This document shows, piece by piece, positions 58,877-64,000 of a DNA stretch of 64,000 nt; positions within the stretch are counted from its first letter, which is position 1; each line of letters begins with the position of its first letter. The stretch lies in assembly GCA_002269645.1 (NCBI GenBank), contig NIVC01001371.1:1-64000 (forward strand). The letters are read 5' to 3'. The translations under genes were made by a program, and so were the position numbers. Under the pieces are notes generated by a model. That model was not told the origin of the DNA. It saw only the letters and a program-made list of their open reading frames with translations, and searched no databases. This DNA is from Macrostomum lignano (Eukaryota).

Positions 58877-59344
58877 GCCGAGGCAACCTGAGTGCTGAGT
58901 GCAGTTTGAAGTTGCACTGCAGTCTTGCATACACAGTGTAGCTGTCTGCTGCATTAATATTCACAACTGAGAGCGCCGTCCTCTCCTCTCTGAAACATCA
59001 ATAGGTGGCGACCCTTGCCTGCAGTGCAACAATAGCCTGTCTGCATCTCCAGAATTAATTGTACGCGCTTCACGTCGCATCGCAACCCCCCTCCCCTCCG
59101 CGTCTTTCACGAAGGCCTCTTGCGCAGCTCGTAGCACTTAACAATTGAGAAAGCTGGCCATTTCTTATCGCAGATTTTTCAGAGCCGACGAAAGGGCTTG
59201 AGAATTTCGCTCGCCATTTCTGGCGGCTACTGGCGAGGGGCGTCTACAGTGTCTCTCTGTTTTTTTAATTGCCAATTGGCTACTTAAACAAATAAGCACA
59301 TCGAGAGACATATATTTCCCCGAGTCTCTGCAGGTGCGTAGAAA

Positions 59345-59822
59345 TGAGTACATTTACTCTCATATGTGACTGTACATAATTGTACACAGCAGACATGAGT
59401 ACCTGCACACTCATGTGACTGTACATGCTTGTACACAGCAGACATGAGTACATGCACACTCATGTGACTGTACATGCTTGTAAACAGCAGACATGAGTAC
59501 ATGCACACTCATGTGACTGTACATGCTTGTAAACAGCAGACATGAGTACATGCACACTCATGTGACTGTACATGCTTGTACACAGCAGACATGAGTACCT
59601 GCACACTCATGGGACTGTACATGATTGTACACAGCAGACATGAGTACATGCGCACTCATGTGACTGTACATGCTTGTACACAGCAGACATGAGTACATGC
59701 GCACTCATGGGACTGTACATGCTTGTACACAGCAGACATGAGTACATGCGCACTCATGTGACTGTACATGCTTGTACACAGCAGACATGAGTACATGCGC
59801 ACTCATGGGACTGTACATGATT
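59345..59822. repeat. 49-bp minisatellite, about 9-10 copies
   Basis: Unit GTACACAGCAGACATGAGTACATGCACACTCATGTGACTGTACATGCTT. Confidence 0.95.
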
Positions 59823-60131
59823 ACACGTAAAACATTTCCCAATAGGAATCTGGATATTAAATTATAACAAAGAAGAAATATTTTACTGCAGCACCCGGAA
59901 AACAATTGCTTTCGGTGTCGGGGCTTCGGACAATCCAAATGGATTTCTATTTAGACTGTTCTTTTGCTAATATGAGATACATAAAGTTCGATTGCTTATT
60001 TTTCAAGTTTCAAAGTGCTCATTTAGGAGAAAAACGAAACTCGTTGGAATGTAGGAGAGCTGTGAAGTCTCTCTCGACTGTCTCTCGCCGCAGCAGCCCG
60101 CCTCATCCGAGCTATTGAGTAATCCAGATTG

Positions 60132-61166
60132 TTATTTTCCAATAAACTCGGACAGCCGTTTCTGAGCGCTCGGTTGGCTTCGCCTGTCCAGATAGGCGGA
60201 CACCCGTTTACGGAACTCGTTCACAATGCGCCTCAGCGCTGAGTCGGCGCCTTCGTTGTTGCTGTCGGCTCCATCCCGGACGAGGAGCACCACGGGCAGC
60301 TCCGCGCGGTTCAGGCCCGCTTTGGACTGCACCGAGCTGTCCGAACCATCCGGGTCCGCCAGCAGCCCATCTGGAGTCGTTTGAAAGGAATGGCTGATAT
60401 TGTAGCGTTTGAATAGTAGTGTTAGATATTAGTTAGTAGTATATTGATTTTCATTTATGATGTGCCACTTAAGACCGGCAACTTTTATCTGCATTAGCAC
60501 AATTTTAAAATAATTCTAATATCTAATTCTAACCTGTTAATCTGTTTGTTAGATTTGTTTATCTATTTGTTAGATTTGTTTATGTGATTGTTAAATTTGT
60601 TAATTTGATTGTTATATATGTTTATCTAGTTGTTAGATTTGTTTGTCTGGTTGTTAGATTTGTTCATTCGGTTGTTAGATTTGTTTATCAGGTTGTTAAA
60701 TTAGTTTATCTGAATGTTAAATTAGTTTATGTAATTTTTAGATTTGTTTATCTGATTGTTTGATTTATTAATCTGGTTGTTAGATTTTTTAATATGATTG
60801 TTAAATTTGTTTATCTGAATGTTAAATTTGTTTACGTAATTTTTAGATTTGTTTATCTAATCCGTGTATTTGTTATTTGTTTGAATGGTAGTAGTTAAGA
60901 AAATTCTCAGCACAAAAAATGGATAGAGTTAAAAAGATTCCTGATACTAAAAACAACAACACGAGATTAAAATACTCGTACGAGCCTGTGTCTACCTGGA
61001 ATGTCACCTTGGTACTGGGCGGCGCTTATCAGCTGCAGCAGCAGGTAAAATCCCAGAACTAAAGCCAGTAGGGAGCTTCGCGTGGACACTGAAAAATGAA
61101 TGGAAATTTAATTACAAATTTTAACTTTTCGGGATCAACACAGACCGACACAGCGGCTCACTTACT
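60132..61166 (-). CDS. Neuropeptide prohormone (predicted LSEFI-amide), 3 exons, 110 aa
   Basis: complement(join(60132..60370,60996..61088,61166)). The ATG is formed as A|TG across a 77-nt intron (CCA|gtaagt...tttttcag|TG); the second intron is CCAG|gtaga...ctccag|AT. The protein has a signal peptide (MSTRSSLLALVLGFYLLLQLISA), an acidic spacer, sites RR, RKR, RR and KR, and the C-terminus KRLSEFIGK*. Confidence 0.8.
60535..60860. repeat. Degenerate about 17-bp AT-rich repeat in prohormone intron 2
   Basis: Recurrent GTTAGATTTGTTTATCT-like units. Confidence 0.75.
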
Positions 61167-61267
61167 GGTTAGGATTTGGAAATTTCGGTAGTAGAAAGAT
61201 CAGCAGTTGGTCTTCTCTTTTGATTCAACTCCGATAGATGCCGAAGTCGAAGTCTGGAAAGCCTTCA

Positions 61268-61306
61268 TTTATATTTACGATTCCTCAGCTACACTGATTG
61301 GCCAAT
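61268..61306 (-). promoter_or_regulatory. Candidate core promoter of the prohormone gene (TATA plus CCAAT boxes)
   Basis: Minus-strand TATAAA at 61268-61273 and CCAAT at 61297-61301, with a mirror CCAAT at 61302-61306. The TATA is about 100 nt upstream of the split start codon. Confidence 0.5.
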
Positions 61307-61854
61307 GCAGCTTTGTGTCTATCCAATAGAGTTAATGTCCTCATACAGTTACTGCATACGGCTTCACAACCGCCCACACCTGTTGAACTGGCCAAATAAG
61401 GACTTGTACAAGACGATCTTTCTTTAGCACAGGGTTTGTCGGAAAAATAAATTAACAAACAGGACACAAAAGCATTGTTTGTGCTGGGCTGTCTATGCCT
61501 AAATGTATTAATTATATGTATTTTAGAGTCACGTGACAACACACCAAGGTAAATCGAGTTAAATTTCGGTATTAGAATAAAATTACTTGAACTAATTAAT
61601 AGAGGCACAACATGTCAGTTCCTCGAAAACAGTCAATTTAAAATGTACTTCAGTATAAGAACGAGTGTACTTTATAAGTGTACTGTAATACGAGCGACAT
61701 CTCAGTTATAAAATAATGTCATTAGGAAAACTCCATTCGTAAGAGAACGGAGAGCTACAGTGAACCCGAACACCGGACAGCAAACTCAGCTCAAACTCCC
61801 CCTATACGTTACACAGCCGTCTTCTTCAATAGGAACGTTGCTTTGTTTGCCCAC

Positions 61855-62290
61855 CTCACTCCTCACCCACCTCACTCCTCACCCGCCTCACTCCTCACTC
61901 AACTCACTCCTCACCCACCTCACTCCTCACCCGCCTCACTCCTCACCCGCCTCACTCCTCACCCACCTCACTCCTCACCCACCTCACTCCTCACCCACCT
62001 CACTCTTCACCCGACTCACTCCTCACTCAACTCACTCCTCACCCACCTCACTCCTCACCCACCTCACTCCTCACCCACCTCACTCCTCACCCACCTCACT
62101 CCTCACCCACCTCACTCCTCACCCACCTCACTCCTCACTCGCCTCACTCCTCACCCACCTCACGCTTCACCCGTCTCACTCCTCACCCACCTCACTCCTC
62201 ACTCGCCTCACTCCTCACCCACCTCACGCTTCACCCGTCTCACTCCTCACCCACCTCACTCCTCTCCCACCTCACTCCTCACCCGCCTCA
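61855..62290. repeat. 16-bp minisatellite just downstream of the NUDT9-H stop, about 26 copies
   Basis: Unit CTCACTCCTCACCCAC. Confidence 0.95.
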
Positions 62291-62317
62291 CTCTGCACCA
62301 ATCTCGTGCCCCAGCCC

Positions 62318-64000
62318 TCAAAAGTACGCTCCGTGCTGCTGCGCCACCAGCCGCAGCAGAGTGTTGTGCGACTGTCGCATCAGCCTCCGATTGGCCACGT
62401 CGATCCAGGCAACGCGCTCGCCGCTGCCGCCCTCGCGCAGGCACTCGGTCACAACGTCGTCTTCAAAATTATAATTGAAGTGTTCGTGCAAATTAACCAA
62501 GTCGGTCTCCAGCCAGGCGTTGTCGCCGTTCACCCTGTCGTCGAGCAAGCCGGTGTACACTGTGCTGCAGGCCGCGGCGGTGACCGCCTCCTGCTGAATG
62601 TGCAGCCGTTTGGCGCCCAGCCTGCCAGCGTCCAGAGCCTCGATGCGCTCCCGCAGCCAGGCCCGCAGCAGGTTCTGCAGGCCGCACTGGCCAACTGTCG
62701 ACGAAGAAGCCGATGAAGCTGACACGGAGGCTGGACCGATACAGCTCGGCAGGCAGTGCTTGACGTGATACCACGGCAGCTGCATGCCGCCCCGACGGTC
62801 CAGCACCGCCGCAACCTGCAGCACCGGCCGTCCAGCCTTCTTGGCGATGTTCTGACGATCGTCTCGTCGCCAACGAGTGACGGCCAAGTGGAGGCAGTGG
62901 TTGGGACCCCACAGCGGCAGCCGGTTGCGGTCCGGTGCCCCCGGCTTGCCGCTGGGGTTCATCGGGCGGCCGGCCTCGTCAGTCACGTAGCTGGGTGGCG
63001 GCGGCGGTGGGTGGGGTTCCAACTTCTTGTTGAAATTTGCTTCCAATTTCCGCTTCAAATTACTGACTTAGTTTTAATTAACTCAAAGAGGCTCATGTAT
63101 ATTCTATTTATTGATATATTTTGTTTAACTCTGACATCGTCTAAATTCAAAACGAATGACAAATGAGCACTAAAGAAACAGTCGGTTAAAAATATTAAAT
63201 TAGCTGATTCCTGTAAAAGTGAAACTGAGTAGCTGCATCTTCTTTTGCTAGCGATGGTGTTGATATTTCTGATTATAAAATTTAATAACTTCAAATGGTA
63301 ATCCATCGACACTTCATTCTCAATTATTATAATTGTGAAATACATTCACAATGTAGTCACTACATTTTCTACCATTGTGCATTTAAATTTCGCCGCTATG
63401 CACAAATTTGGTCTTCGCCAAAAATTTTCAAATGCCCCTGGGACGAAAGTGTCCGATTGCCCCTCGGAAGATATGTTCCAGTAAGTCTGGGACGTAATGT
63501 CCGATTTCCCTGGGACAAAGTGTCACTGTACCACTCGGACGAGATGTCCGATTTCCCTGGGACAAAGTGTCACTGTACCACTCGGGACGAAATGTCCGAT
63601 TTCCCTGGGACAAAGTGTCACTGTACCACTCGGGACGAAATGTCCGATTTCCCTGGGACAAAGTGTCAATGTACCACTCGGGACGAAATGTCTTACCGCC
63701 CAGCATGCGAGCCCCTGTGGAACCCGCTGCTCGAGTCGAATCCGTTAAAAGCTCCGGCCGCCTCGGCTCTGTCCGGCCAGTCGGAGCTGCTCCAGACTTC
63801 AGGCATCTCGGCCACTCTGGCCGAGCCGGAGTCCAGCTGGTACGGCACTAGCCTGGCCAGCTGGTGGTGCTGCAGTTTGCCGCGCCAAACTCGCGGCCGC
63901 TGCTCCTCCTCGGTCGAGTCCTCGCTGCCCAGATGGACGCTCAAGTCGTCGTCCACCGCGACCGGCTGCGATGTGGTCCGGCGATCGCTGCGAGAGCCTC
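62318..64000 (-). CDS. C-terminal NUDT9-homology domain, probably of a TRPM2-like channel (5' part outside the window)
   Basis: Exons >64000..63697 and 63062..62318 join in phase 2 (CG|T). Motifs HQLARLVPY, GRPMNPSG, WGPNH, YTGLLDDRVNGDNAWLET and the C-terminal SHNTLLRLVAQQHGAYF* parallel NUDT9/TRPM2. The frame stays open to the window edge. Confidence 0.8.
63435..63692. repeat. 48-bp minisatellite starting at the splice donor of the NUDT9-H intron, about 5 copies
   Basis: Unit CGGGACGAAATGTCCGATTTCCCTGGGACAAAGTGTCACTGTACCACT. Confidence 0.93.

Noticed and set aside
58876-62318. Operon of the three closely spaced minus-strand genes (NUDT9-H, prohormone, FAM184)
   Set aside because: The prohormone gene has its own TATA and CCAAT candidates and no outron-type acceptor was noted; spacing alone is not evidence.

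Overview
Eukaryotic (metazoan) genomic DNA with GT-AG spliced genes, GC-rich exons and introns filled with minisatellites. This architecture resembles a Macrostomum-like flatworm, but that is an inference, not verified. Seven protein-coding genes of recognisable families could be built by hand from splice sites and reading frame: an intronless CD20/MS4A-like protein (-), BCL7 (+, first exon not located), an SLC25A38-like carrier (+), G-protein beta-5 (-), a 16-exon CLASP apparently lacking TOG1 (+), a compact FAM184-like protein (-) and the C-terminus of a NUDT9-homology (TRPM2-like) protein (-, runs off the window). An eighth gene, which the ORF track only partly shows, is the best novel candidate: a 3-exon, 110-aa neuropeptide precursor (-) whose ATG is split by an intron and which ends KR-LSEFI-GK*, predicting an EFLamide/TRH-like amidated peptide. 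About 30 tandem arrays, two tRNA-derived SINE copies and several MITE-like inverted repeats are present. Two AT-rich blocks are almost CpG-free and their transposon copies show CpG-to-TpG/CpA decay. No CRISPR array, rRNA or intact tRNA gene was seen. Most ORFs in the supplied track are repeat read-throughs or antisense shadows. All family calls come from recalled motifs; no searches were run.
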